DNA of 64,000 nucleotides from positions 1 through 64,000 of the IMG/VR virus record IMGVR_UViG_2936984999_000001; one strand, 5' to 3'. How positions within the stretch are numbered: position 1 is the stretch's first letter; each line of letters begins with the position of its first letter. Shown here one piece after another: positions 8,372-18,915 of this stretch. The stretch is from a virus (Duplodnaviria; Caudoviricetes). The position numbers were made by a program, and so were the translations under genes. The notes beneath the pieces are model-generated. The model saw only the letters and a list, made by a program, of their open reading frames with translations. It was not told the origin of the DNA and did not search any database.

Positions 8372-10819
8372 TTAAATAAGTCCAGCTTCATCATCTGCTA
8401 ATACCTTATCATAATCTTCTCTGAAGCAAATAAATCCTGCAAACTGTAAACTTGGAAGTCCAGTATTTTTATCTTTTGTTTCTTCCTTATATTTAATATC
8501 AATGAGTTTGCCAATAAGCTCATCTCGTTTTTCCCAGAGATCTTTTCTCATTTGATCTGAATATCCATATCCAACACCAGATTTTCCATCTTTATATTTA
8601 ACGATTAACGATCCAAGTGCTCCTTTGTTCTTGCCAGACCCTTCTTCGTATCCAATAACTCTTAAGGTCGCATCATAGAACTGTTTTACTTTAATAAGAC
8701 TTTTGGTTCGTTTGCATTCATATGGCTTGTCAAGATTAATGCAACATCCTTCCCAGTCATTATCTTCTGCGTACTGAAGCCATTCCCAAATTTTACTGTG
8801 GTCGTAACCATGATATACTCTCGGAACAACTTCAATATTGTCTGTTGGATGGAATTTAAGTTTTTCTTCTAATTCATCTAAATCTTTGCTTCTAATGGAG
8901 TATGGTTCTTTAGATTTTCCAGACCAAAATTCTTTAAGGGGGAACATATCGAATATAACGAATTTTAATTGAGATTTGTCACCAGATTTGCTATTTGCGA
9001 TTCCTGTACCTTTTTGGAATGCTTCAGAATCGGATAATCTTTCTTTATTTTTATAGAGAAGTTCACCGTCTACAAACATATTGTCATAGCCCATTGCTTG
9101 TAGATCTTTAATAATATGATCGACACCATTAATTTTCTTATTCTGTCTAGTTCTGCACTCACTTCCAATAAAGCCCATTCTGCAATTATGTACTGCAAAC
9201 CCATTTGCAAAATATGTATGGTTATTTTCAACTTCTAAGTCATAAGACATTGTATAGGCGGTACATGCAGGACCAAAATGTATATTATCATCTAATAATA
9301 TTTCTTCAACAGTTTGTTTTGTTAATGCAAAATAACCAAATTCTTGCGTCCAATCCTCGTATGGAATTTTATGCCATTCTTTACTTAATTTTTGCTCACG
9401 TAAGTCGTATGGAATATATTTTGCAATTAGATCAAAAAGTTTTCTTGTGCCATTTGCATCTACTTCAATCTGATATCCTGCATCATCCAAACAAACTTTG
9501 TATCTTGCCACACGATTAGTAATGCCATATTTCTTATCCAAATAATCACTAAAATTATATACTTCTCTTTTATTATGTCTGTGTGTTGCAAATATTACTC
9601 TTGGTTGTACATTCACAGCAGTTTTTGACCCATCTTTTTTACATGGTAATTTCGAACCGTCATCTATATAATAAATAGCTAACGCTAATGGGGTTATATT
9701 ATTTAATACCTCTTCTGTAAAGGTATATCCAGTTCTTAGCACATTTGATTTATTGTAAAAATAATCAGGTAAAGTATTTATACTTTTAATTGTACATCTT
9801 TCCATATCAGTACCGTAACCGCTTTTGGCTTTTTGATATGTACCTGTATATATATCAAATAAATCACATGTTTTATGAAAGAAATTATGATATAATTCTT
9901 TTTTCTTACAATAATTAAACCTTACAGAATTTATACTTGGATTATCAAAAGCAACACTTCCGTCACCAAGCCCAAGTCCTAATAAAACAGATTTTTGAGT
10001 TTCAGAAAATTCATAATCATAATAATAAAATTCATCTCCAACTTTTAGATTACCTGCATACTTCCATCCATTTGGTGTAAAAAATTGATGATTTTTTGTT
10101 GCTGTAACATGGATTTTATTAGAATTAAAATTTTTATGTGAAATAATTTTTATCCATTCAGATTTAGGTTTTAATCCATTACGAAATGTATTAAGAACTT
10201 TTTGAGGACTAATTTTATGTGTTTTTTCATCAAAAGACATAACTATATCGCCAGGAACAATGTCTTTTATTTTTTTAACACTTCCATCCGCCATAGTAAT
10301 TTTTGTGTCTTTATAAAAACATCCATTTAGTTTGCGGCTAATGTAAATCAGCTCATTACCTTTCAGCTTAACTTTTTCAATTGAAGTGCCAAGTTGCACA
10401 TTAAATTCTTCAATCAGTCCTGGAATAGCTTTGTTAACAAGTTTTGCATCTGCACCTAATCTGAACTTCTTTGTTACCATTTCTTCATAAAACTGACATT
10501 CAGCTTCAGATTTAGAATTATTACAAATAAACTTTCTTATAGTGGCAACATCTACATCAGTACCAGTATTATGAGTTTTCAGATAATCAATGACTTCTGA
10601 GAAGTTTTTAGGTTCAAATGTTGCATAATTTGCAGCCTTTGAAATGGTCATTTTATCGATCTTTTTTGTGCTGATTCCTGTAACGGTATTACCGTCCAAT
10701 AGGAATACCAAACACTTTTTAAGAAGCTCATTATCCTTATTTTCTCTAAGGATACGCTGCTTTTCATTCAGACTCGAAGTGTTCTGAATGAGTTTTAAAA
10801 TTTCAATTACTTGTTCCAA
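8372..10819 (-). CDS. lig: ATP-dependent DNA ligase containing an intein
   Basis: Motif I KLNG|CR, VDGELL, FDMF, WEGCC, LIKVK, OB-fold GKNKGALG; 436 aa after splicing. Confidence 0.92.
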   Translation of the reverse strand: MEQVIEILKLIQNTSSLNEKQRILRENKDNELLKKCLVFLLDGNTVTGISTKKIDKMTISKAANYATFEPKNFSEVIDYLKTHNTGTDVDVATIRKFICNNSKSEAECQFYEEMVTKKFRLGADAKLVNKAIPGLIEEFNVQLGTSIEKVKLKGNELIYISRKLNGCFYKDTKITMADGSVKKIKDIVPGDIVMSFDEKTHKISPQKVLNTFRNGLKPKSEWIKIISHKNFNSNKIHVTATKNHQFFTPNGWKYAGNLKVGDEFYYYDYEFSETQKSVLLGLGLGDGSVAFDNPSINSVRFNYCKKKELYHNFFHKTCDLFDIYTGTYQKAKSGYGTDMERCTIKSINTLPDYFYNKSNVLRTGYTFTEEVLNNITPLALAIYYIDDGSKLPCKKDGSKTAVNVQPRVIFATHRHNKREVYNFSDYLDKKYGITNRVARYKVCLDDAGYQIEVDANGTRKLFDLIAKYIPYDLREQKLSKEWHKIPYEDWTQEFGYFALTKQTVEEILLDDNIHFGPACTAYTMSYDLEVENNHTYFANGFAVHNCRMGFIGSECRTRQNKKINGVDHIIKDLQAMGYDNMFVDGELLYKNKERLSDSEAFQKGTGIANSKSGDKSQLKFVIFDMFPLKEFWSGKSKEPYSIRSKDLDELEEKLKFHPTDNIEVVPRVYHGYDHSKIWEWLQYAEDNDWEGCCINLDKPYECKRTKSLIKVKQFYDATLRVIGYEEGSGKNKGALGSLIVKYKDGKSGVGYGYSDQMRKDLWEKRDELIGKLIDIKYKEETKDKNTGLPSLQFAGFICFREDYDKVLADDEAGLI
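9185..10321 (-). mobile_element. Intein with LAGLIDADG homing endonuclease (379 aa)
   Basis: Starts CFYKDTKITMADG, block B ATKNHQF, LAGLIDADG motifs LLGLGLGDG and LAIYYIDDG, ends FAVHN followed by Cys+1. Confidence 0.93.
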
Positions 10820-10822
10820 TAA

Positions 10823-11050
10823 TTAGTCCTCCAATCTTCCAATTACTTTTATATGTTCAGTGAACAGTAATGTTAACTGTCCACTGCTATTTACTTCTTC
10901 AACTGAAATGCAGTTATTACAAAAACCGATATTTGCAATGCATCCTGCAATGTTACTTTTATAATTATCATCCATGATAAAAATACAACAGTCACCGATT
11001 CTATGTATAACGTTATCATCATCTACAAGAGTGTTATCTTTGATGTACAT
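10823..11050 (-). CDS. Hypothetical protein
   Basis: 75 aa ORF, GGTGGTG RBS. Confidence 0.6.
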   Translation of the reverse strand: MYIKDNTLVDDDNVIHRIGDCCIFIMDDNYKSNIAGCIANIGFCNNCISVEEVNSSGQLTLLFTEHIKVIGRLED

Positions 11051-11054
11051 TTAA

Positions 11055-11417
11055 TCAATCACCACCCTCTTGTAAGTCGATTGATGTATAAAGAAGTTCA
11101 TTGATTGCTTTAGAATTTTTATTAAGATACTTCATAACCTCAATAGCAGGTTCAATATCTTCAAAAAACAAACCAATATATTCATACTCATTTTTCTTTA
11201 TAAACTTTTTGATTTTATTTAACTGTTTAAGATCAATGTAGCAATTTTCAATCAGACTATCATAAACAATTTTTATGTATTCTTCTTTTAATGGAAATCC
11301 CTCTAAAAGCTCTGAAATAGGAATATAAACATTAACAGTCATTGGATTAATTTTAATTTTATATTCTCTACCATACTTTTTCATAATCTGAGAAATATCA
11401 TTAATAAGTTCTACCAT
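11055..11417 (-). CDS. Hypothetical protein
   Basis: 120 aa ORF in operon. Confidence 0.6.
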   Translation of the reverse strand: MVELINDISQIMKKYGREYKIKINPMTVNVYIPISELLEGFPLKEEYIKIVYDSLIENCYIDLKQLNKIKKFIKKNEYEYIGLFFEDIEPAIEVMKYLNKNSKAINELLYTSIDLQEGGD

Positions 11418-11418
11418 A

Positions 11419-13761
11419 TTATTTCCCCTTTCTTTTAATTGTGCTTAACCATGTACTTCTTGCATTGTTACTTGTGTTCAGGCATTTGTAGAATGCCTGT
11501 GGTTCAGCACACAATAAACATCTTTTCTTTGCTCTTGTAAGCATTGTATATAACATACAGTTGTCTAATAATTTATAATGGGTATTATCAATTACACAAA
11601 TAACTGTTTTCCTGGAAGATCCTTGCATTTTATGAGTTGTTAAAGCATAAGCCATATCCAAATCTGCAAGTTCACTTCCTTCATATCTAATTACTTTATC
11701 TTGTTTCTCATAAACTATATTGTTATCTTCATCAAAAACTAATCCAACGTCTTTTTCTACTTTAGGACCAAATGACTGATATGTAACTTCACAATAAGTT
11801 ACTGGCTTTTTACCACTCATATCTTCTCCAATAAATGTGATATAACCAATTTCACCATTGAAGACATTTCGATCATAATCGTTTACAGTCTGGACAACTT
11901 TGCATCCAAGCTTAAATTCTTTCTCACCAAATGAGATTGACTTCTTTTCATCTTTAAGTAGAACATCTGCAATATCCTTATTTAATTCATAAGCACTGTT
12001 TAAACATCCCTCTCTACGAGGTACTGCAATACCAACATTATCAACACCATCTGATTCGACAGCTGAGAAAAACATTTTTAATGCAAGTTGATGAAGTGAA
12101 TCTCTTGTATCTCTAAACATGTAATACATGTCTTGCAATTCACCATGAACTAATTTTTTTGATGTAAGAACTTCTGTAATGGGATTTTTATTATCTCGAA
12201 TGAGATTTGCATCGGTAAGAATTCCAGATTTTTCTGCCTGTCGCATAACTTTTGTAAGCTCATTGATATTTTCTTTTGGTAAACAATGGATAAGATCAGA
12301 GAATATATTTCCAAAACCAATAGGTGGTAACTGTTTATAATCTCCACAGATTATGATTTTTGTATCATCTCCTATAGCTTCAAGCCATGCTAAAAAGATT
12401 TGTACATTTACCATAGAAGCTTCATCCATTAATACTACAGGAGATATAAGTTTACAATCCTTATTGTAATCAAACTTATTTGGACCATGACATCCTAATG
12501 TCCTGTGAATCGTCATTGCAGGATAATCTGTCGCTTCAGTGATACGCTGTGCTGCCATCGCTGATAATGCACAGGCTGAAATATTATGATTTGCAAGAGA
12601 ATATGCACGAATAATTCCTCGTAAAATTGAACTTTTACCAGTTCCGGCTTTTCCTGTAACGAAGCTTATACTCTGCGTTAGTATAGAGCGTATAATCGCC
12701 TTTTGCTCATCAGTATAGGAAAATCCTTGCTCATGTTCCGCTTTAGCGATTCCTGCCTCTATTTTATCGTTTTCTATAGGCACTGGTGACTGTTTGTTCA
12801 ATCTTTCTTGAATGATAGATAAAATTTTCATCTCAAGGTTGTAATATAGCTTGAGTCCGATCCTGTTTTCATACTGGTGTAAGAACGAATTATTTTCAAG
12901 GACTCCATCAAACACATCTATACACTCTGGAGCTGAATCTTCAACTGCAGCTTTTAAAATATCTACACTACACCAAGTATGTCCATCATTCTCACCAATC
13001 TCAGCAAGGTAATAAGAAATGAAAGCAATACATCTCTCTCTGGATTCAAGAAGTTCAGGTTTTAATTTAAGTGCCAATTTATCAACTTTCTTGAATCCAA
13101 ACCCTTTCATGGAACATAAATAGTATGGATTTGTTTCAATCTTCTGTTTTAATAGTCCAGGGTTTGGCTCATTACTAAGAAGGTTTTTAATCATTGTGAA
13201 TGTAACACCTAATGGCTTTAATAATGTGATAATGTCTGATATAAGATAGTTGTCAATGATCTTGTCTTTTATTTTCTTCCAAGTTTTCTCACGAACACCT
13301 TTAACTTTTGAAAAATCAATTGTATCTAATTTACCATCAGCCACATCATTTACAACATTGGGATATACAGCAAGTAATGAATCTGCCACACTTTCTGGAA
13401 TAAGAGATTTAAGAAAAATCTTAGAGTCTTCTACAGTCTGTGGAGCTAATGCATAAACTGTGATTGGTACATACTGTGGTCCATACTTTTTATCATCCTT
13501 GTATGTTGCAGTAATCTTATATTCTGAACCAATACACAGTTGTTGCATTCGTCCTGTTAGAGTTCCGACAAAAGTATCTTCATGCTCATCTCCAAATAAA
13601 TCTTTATGAGCAGTTATCTTCTGACAATTAGGAAGCTGATCAGTTGTATTGAATGAATAAACTCCCCAAGATGTATTTTCACTGTAGAAGCGTTCATATG
13701 AAATTCTGGCTGTAAATTCAAACTGCTGATCATCATTACTAATTTGTTCTGAATAACTCAT
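11419..13761 (-). CDS. recD2: RecD2-like SF1B helicase
   Basis: GKAGTGKS, MDEASMV, GDYKQLPPIG, VFNGEIG, YALTTHKMQGS, LYTMLTRAK; N-terminal OB/HhH. Confidence 0.9.
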   Translation of the reverse strand: MSYSEQISNDDQQFEFTARISYERFYSENTSWGVYSFNTTDQLPNCQKITAHKDLFGDEHEDTFVGTLTGRMQQLCIGSEYKITATYKDDKKYGPQYVPITVYALAPQTVEDSKIFLKSLIPESVADSLLAVYPNVVNDVADGKLDTIDFSKVKGVREKTWKKIKDKIIDNYLISDIITLLKPLGVTFTMIKNLLSNEPNPGLLKQKIETNPYYLCSMKGFGFKKVDKLALKLKPELLESRERCIAFISYYLAEIGENDGHTWCSVDILKAAVEDSAPECIDVFDGVLENNSFLHQYENRIGLKLYYNLEMKILSIIQERLNKQSPVPIENDKIEAGIAKAEHEQGFSYTDEQKAIIRSILTQSISFVTGKAGTGKSSILRGIIRAYSLANHNISACALSAMAAQRITEATDYPAMTIHRTLGCHGPNKFDYNKDCKLISPVVLMDEASMVNVQIFLAWLEAIGDDTKIIICGDYKQLPPIGFGNIFSDLIHCLPKENINELTKVMRQAEKSGILTDANLIRDNKNPITEVLTSKKLVHGELQDMYYMFRDTRDSLHQLALKMFFSAVESDGVDNVGIAVPRREGCLNSAYELNKDIADVLLKDEKKSISFGEKEFKLGCKVVQTVNDYDRNVFNGEIGYITFIGEDMSGKKPVTYCEVTYQSFGPKVEKDVGLVFDEDNNIVYEKQDKVIRYEGSELADLDMAYALTTHKMQGSSRKTVICVIDNTHYKLLDNCMLYTMLTRAKKRCLLCAEPQAFYKCLNTSNNARSTWLSTIKRKGK

Positions 13762-16700
13762 TATACTTTTGCCCCTTTCTTACGCATTTGCTCAAGCCAC
13801 ATATTATATGTTTTTATTTTTTCAACAAAAAAATGTTCTTCTCTTTTTCTTCCTAATATTGCAAGACAGCTTCCTTTTTTTATATAGTCAGAATACTCTT
13901 TTAGTTGGCTAGACCATATTGTTGCTTCAATAATTCCATATGGAGTATATAAATCAAGATATGCAAACTGATTTCCATTTTTATCTTTTTTCCTTTTTAC
14001 ATCAACAATCACACAGAACAAAACTGTTTTGTCGCCATCCATTACAAGGTCCCAATCAATTTTAGTATATTTATAAGCATCTTTTAGCGGATCATTAGTC
14101 AAGAACATTGATAAAGTATCAAATTCCCATAGATATTCATCTTTAGCGTATTTTTCTTGAAAATCTTCCATGTGCTTTTTATATTTTATATTTTGTTCTT
14201 CTAAAAACTTCTTCTCTTTTATTTCATTATAGTCATTCAAAAGTTTTTCTTTGTTTACTTTTTTACCATCTCTATAGTCTTCTACGTTCAATCCAAATGG
14301 AATTAATTTAGAATATGGAGATGGAGTTGTTGTAACAGGTTTGTATTCTTTTCTAACAAATGTTGAATCTGCATATTTTTTCAATGTTGACATCTTATTT
14401 TTAGTTGGAATACCTCCAGCTTTAATAAGGGTGATAATCGCTGTTTTGTCCTGTACTTTTTCAATGAAATCATTTAAATTCTTGTAGGGTCTAAGCTCAA
14501 TAATTTTATCAACAATACTGTCACCAAGACCTTTTACTGCTAATAACCCAAACAAAATTTCATTGTTCTCTGCAATTGCAGTAAATGATTTGTTCGATTT
14601 ATTTACATTTGGTGGAGAAACTTTTATTCCAAGACGTTTGCAATCATTTATTACAATACTAATTTTTTCTACTTTGTCTGATTTTGACGTAAGAAGTGCA
14701 GCCATAAAATAAACTGTATAATGAACTTTTAGATATGCCGTAAGATAAGATAACAAACCATATGCCACAGCATGACCACGATTAAAACAATACTCTGATT
14801 GTTTTAGCATTAACTGCCATATTTCAGATAACTCATTTTCTGTCCAATTTTTCTTTTTCAATCCAGCTCTAAAGTCTTTTTCGAGTCCAGCCATTTTATC
14901 TTTTAATTTTTTGCTTATTGCACGCCTCGCATTGTCTATGTCTTCTTCTGGAAATCCCGCATATCTAAACAGTTGAAGAGCTTCTTCTTGATAAAGTAAA
15001 ACTCCTTGAGTTGTTATAAATAGTGTTTTTAAATCCTCATGCATTGTTTGTGCACTTTCAGGATGTAACTTGTTTTGACAGTATATAGGAAAGCTATCTT
15101 TTGTGCCAGGTCTATTTGCAGCATTTACTACGATAATATCCTCAACGTTATCTGCTTTTGCTTCAATACACATTCTCCTTGCTTCTGCAGATTCCATTTG
15201 GAATATACCAACAGTGTATCCTGGTTTATAAACTTGATCATAAACATCTTTGTCTGAAAGATTTAAATGGTTGATATCTACATCTTCCCATGTAATTCCT
15301 GCCATATTTAACGTATCGTCAATAATGTCAAGTGTCTCAAGTCCAAGGTAATCCATTTTAATCAATCCAAGATCATCCATTGCATTATGCATCTCGAACT
15401 CAATCATAATGTTTCGTTCTTTATCATAACAAAGTGGCGCATAATCTGTTACAGGAGTTGGTGTAATTAAAGTACCTGCGGCATGTCTTCCCATTGATTT
15501 CGGAAGTCCTTCTACATCCATTACATACTTGAACCATAATGGGAACTTGTTATATATCTCATCAAGCTTTGGATTTTTACTTAGAATGTCTTTTAGAAGA
15601 ACATCTTTTTCTTCTTCCTCTCCAAGATCATTGAGTGTTTTGATTGTTGGAATCATTTTTGCAACATCATCTCTTAATTTATAAGGGATTTGTTTATAAT
15701 ATGGAGAGTCTTCTTTTTCATCAAGAACCTTTCCAATATCTCTAATCGCAACTTTCGTACTTAAAGAATTGAATGTACAAATTGGTGCAACATTTTCTTT
15801 ACCAAAAAGTTCTTCTGATATCTCAACCATTTCTTTTCGTCTACGCTTTGAAATATCCCAATCAAAATCTGCCATAGACTTTCTTCCAAGGTTCGCAAAT
15901 CGTGAAAAGTCAAGTCCCCATCTTACACTGTCAATCTGTGTAACGTTAAGCATAAACAAACATAAACAATTAGCACCAGACCCACGAGAATATCCTATAG
16001 GAATTTTTCGTCTTCTTGCTTCTTTTGCAAGCATATATAGCATAATAAAATAGTCTGTATAATCAACCGCATATAAAACTGGTAACTCTGTTTCAAGACG
16101 TTTTTTTCGCTCATCTTGATCTTCTTTTGACATATGACCAAATTTTTCTTCGAATGTTTTAAAAACTAAATATCGTAAATATTCTTCGTGATTTTTATAT
16201 GGACCATCAATTTTGACCTTCGGCATAATATTGCCTTTATTTAGCCCAATATCAATATTATCAATAACGGAAGCAATGTTATTACTTTCTTGTAATCCTC
16301 TATCAATTACAGCCTTTGGAAACTGACAAGATAATTTCTGATATATCTCTGATTCTTTTTGAAGATAACAATCAACATAGCTTTCTCCAACTTCACGTCC
16401 TTCACCAATTTCTACAAACATTGCATGAGAGTCAATTAGAGAATCACTTAACATATGCGCATCTGTTGTAATAGTATATGGAAGATTATGTTTATTGGCG
16501 AAATCAAAGATAAGCTTATTTGCTTCTGCCTGTGCTTCTGTAGTATGTGACTGTAATTCACAAACAACGTAATCAAAAATATCCTTAATGTCCTGGATAA
16601 ATTGTTCTGCCTCTTTATATCTTCCATCAGTCAGATATCTGCTAAGTCTACCGGCTTGGCAAGCAGTTAAGCAAATAATACCTTTACCAAGATTGTTATC

Positions 16701-17078
16701 TTTGATATATTTCATATCAATTCTTGGTTTTTTATATAATCCTTCTGTTCTCGATACCGATGTTATCTTTAATAAATTCTTATAGCCTTGCTGTGTTCTG
16801 GCAAGAAGTACCATATGGTAACGTGGTTGCTTATAATCTTTTGTATCAGCTTTCCATGTCATATCATCTACTTCGTATATTTCGTTTCCGATTATTGGCT
16901 TTATTCCTTGCTTTTTGCACTCTTTTACAAAGTTTACAATGTTTGACATTGAACCATGATCTGTTATAGCCATGGCTTTCATTCCATTATCTTTTGCAAA
17001 TTTTACTGCTTCTGGTACTTTTAAAATAGAATCAAGTAATGATCCTTGGGCAGTGTGCATATGTAACGAACTGTACAT
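13761..17078 (-). CDS. dnaE: DNA polymerase III alpha subunit
   Basis: PHP domain (HMH, AITDHG, TTDAH), SRGSGA, DFDWD catalytic, GRHAAG, FNRGHAVAY. Confidence 0.95.
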   Translation of the reverse strand: MYSSLHMHTAQGSLLDSILKVPEAVKFAKDNGMKAMAITDHGSMSNIVNFVKECKKQGIKPIIGNEIYEVDDMTWKADTKDYKQPRYHMVLLARTQQGYKNLLKITSVSRTEGLYKKPRIDMKYIKDNNLGKGIICLTACQAGRLSRYLTDGRYKEAEQFIQDIKDIFDYVVCELQSHTTEAQAEANKLIFDFANKHNLPYTITTDAHMLSDSLIDSHAMFVEIGEGREVGESYVDCYLQKESEIYQKLSCQFPKAVIDRGLQESNNIASVIDNIDIGLNKGNIMPKVKIDGPYKNHEEYLRYLVFKTFEEKFGHMSKEDQDERKKRLETELPVLYAVDYTDYFIMLYMLAKEARRRKIPIGYSRGSGANCLCLFMLNVTQIDSVRWGLDFSRFANLGRKSMADFDWDISKRRRKEMVEISEELFGKENVAPICTFNSLSTKVAIRDIGKVLDEKEDSPYYKQIPYKLRDDVAKMIPTIKTLNDLGEEEEKDVLLKDILSKNPKLDEIYNKFPLWFKYVMDVEGLPKSMGRHAAGTLITPTPVTDYAPLCYDKERNIMIEFEMHNAMDDLGLIKMDYLGLETLDIIDDTLNMAGITWEDVDINHLNLSDKDVYDQVYKPGYTVGIFQMESAEARRMCIEAKADNVEDIIVVNAANRPGTKDSFPIYCQNKLHPESAQTMHEDLKTLFITTQGVLLYQEEALQLFRYAGFPEEDIDNARRAISKKLKDKMAGLEKDFRAGLKKKNWTENELSEIWQLMLKQSEYCFNRGHAVAYGLLSYLTAYLKVHYTVYFMAALLTSKSDKVEKISIVINDCKRLGIKVSPPNVNKSNKSFTAIAENNEILFGLLAVKGLGDSIVDKIIELRPYKNLNDFIEKVQDKTAIITLIKAGGIPTKNKMSTLKKYADSTFVRKEYKPVTTTPSPYSKLIPFGLNVEDYRDGKKVNKEKLLNDYNEIKEKKFLEEQNIKYKKHMEDFQEKYAKDEYLWEFDTLSMFLTNDPLKDAYKYTKIDWDLVMDGDKTVLFCVIVDVKRKKDKNGNQFAYLDLYTPYGIIEATIWSSQLKEYSDYIKKGSCLAILGRKREEHFFVEKIKTYNMWLEQMRKKGAKV

Positions 17079-17082
17079 CTAG

Positions 17083-18915
17083 TCACCAACTTTCATCTTC
17101 GTCTTCATCGTTACTTTCTACATCTTCGAAAGAAGTGCTTAAAACATCTACATCATCAATAATAAACTGTAATGTTTTAATTCCTTGGTATTCGCTAATA
17201 CATGGATTTCCAACAATATTGATTTTTGCAACATTATCAAATGAATTTTTGAGCCAATCCATAACAGAATTATCATCTTTACATTTAAACTGTACAAATT
17301 TAATTTCACCAATTTTAAAGCAATAAGAATCTTCATTCTTACCCTGAATGGTAATATCGTCTCTATTTACTTCAATATCTGTAATGGCAATCATTGGTTC
17401 TTCAATGCCTTGTCCAATCAAGTCTGTAAATTTTGTCATCTCATAAATGATGCTTTCATTTACATCGTACTCTGGAATGATAAAATCACACAAATAGACT
17501 TTAGTGAAATCTTCATCTTTTAATTCATCATTGAATATTTCTTTAGCTTTTTCTACATTATCAACTGGGATTTCAATACCAAATGCTGATTTGTGCCCCT
17601 GGGCAAAATTGAATTGATTGTTAGACTCTACAAGATCTCTGAAACTTTCAATAGGACTATGGTTTATATTTCGTCCACTGCCACCAAATACAAGAGTATT
17701 TGTTTTATAATCATAATACTTTTTTAACAACAAACATGGTCTATTATATTTCTCAGCTACTTTTATCGCACATACGCCTGTCATTCCACCATCAAGAAGT
17801 TCTGATACATCACACATAATTACTTTATCAGTAGGATTTTCTCCAATCTGATCAAATATCATCTGTACACTTTTTTCACGGCTTTTATCCTGTCTTGCTT
17901 TTGCATTCTTTGCAAGTCGTGCAGCTCTATCATAAATACTTTCTTGGATAACTTCTGCAGGTTTATCTTTTGTAGCACGTTTCTTATATTCAAACCAGGC
18001 ATCCTGTTCGATAAATGCTTTAAACATAAGTTCTTTTTCTTCTGGTGAACCGAAGCGAGTACATCCGTTTAAAATCGGAGTAATATACCACTGTACATTA
18101 TGAATATTAACAATTCCACTCATGCTATATTCCTGGGCATTTATAAGTGCTTGAAAGAATTTGTTACTGATGTTGTGCAATCCAACCTCTACGAGATATT
18201 TTGTTTCAGGTGAACGCATATCCATTACATCTGAAATATTTGCTAAAGCAACCAAATCTAAAAAGTCATCTGCATACTCACACCATAGAAAATCATCTAA
18301 TGCTTTTAAGAACTTGTATACAATTCCGGCTCCGCAGAAATTTTTATTTGTATAAAACTCACTCATTTGATTATTTACGATTAATGCATACGGATTGTCT
18401 ATTAAATTTCCTTCTTTATCTTTTGCTTGTTCATGATGATCTAAGATTAAAACGTCAATTCCACGATCTTTTAATGTTTTACACGCTTCTACATCATTTG
18501 TTCCTGCATCCGGAACAATCAGCAATTTTGTATCTTTATCAACAATTACATCATCATCTAATCCTTCAAGACCATGTGCTTTTGTTCTCTTGTGAAGGAT
18601 ATATTCAACATGATAATCCTTATTTAATCTTTTAATATATGAATATATCATCGCCGCAGAACAGTTTCCGTCTACATCTTCATCTACAAGAACCTGTATT
18701 TTATCATTATTATCAAAATGACTTAAAAATAATTCAACAGCTTCACCGATATTATCAAGTAATCCATACTCAAGTTCTGCAGAGTGATCTAATGATAAAT
18801 ACTCTTTTGGATTCTCAATATCTCTGTTTTTCAGAAAATCAATCTGAATATTCTTTAAGTCATTATATTTATTTTCCGAATTTTTATATAACTTAAACTT
18901 CAACTTTCCAATCAC
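17083..18915 (-). CDS. recJ: RecJ-like DHH ssDNA exonuclease
   Basis: DEDVDG, ILDHH, CGAG, GSGR, QGHKSAFG; real start probably the TTG near 18910. Confidence 0.88.
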   Translation of the reverse strand: MIGKLKFKLYKNSENKYNDLKNIQIDFLKNRDIENPKEYLSLDHSAELEYGLLDNIGEAVELFLSHFDNNDKIQVLVDEDVDGNCSAAMIYSYIKRLNKDYHVEYILHKRTKAHGLEGLDDDVIVDKDTKLLIVPDAGTNDVEACKTLKDRGIDVLILDHHEQAKDKEGNLIDNPYALIVNNQMSEFYTNKNFCGAGIVYKFLKALDDFLWCEYADDFLDLVALANISDVMDMRSPETKYLVEVGLHNISNKFFQALINAQEYSMSGIVNIHNVQWYITPILNGCTRFGSPEEKELMFKAFIEQDAWFEYKKRATKDKPAEVIQESIYDRAARLAKNAKARQDKSREKSVQMIFDQIGENPTDKVIMCDVSELLDGGMTGVCAIKVAEKYNRPCLLLKKYYDYKTNTLVFGGSGRNINHSPIESFRDLVESNNQFNFAQGHKSAFGIEIPVDNVEKAKEIFNDELKDEDFTKVYLCDFIIPEYDVNESIIYEMTKFTDLIGQGIEEPMIAITDIEVNRDDITIQGKNEDSYCFKIGEIKFVQFKCKDDNSVMDWLKNSFDNVAKINIVGNPCISEYQGIKTLQFIIDDVDVLSTSFEDVESNDEDEDESW

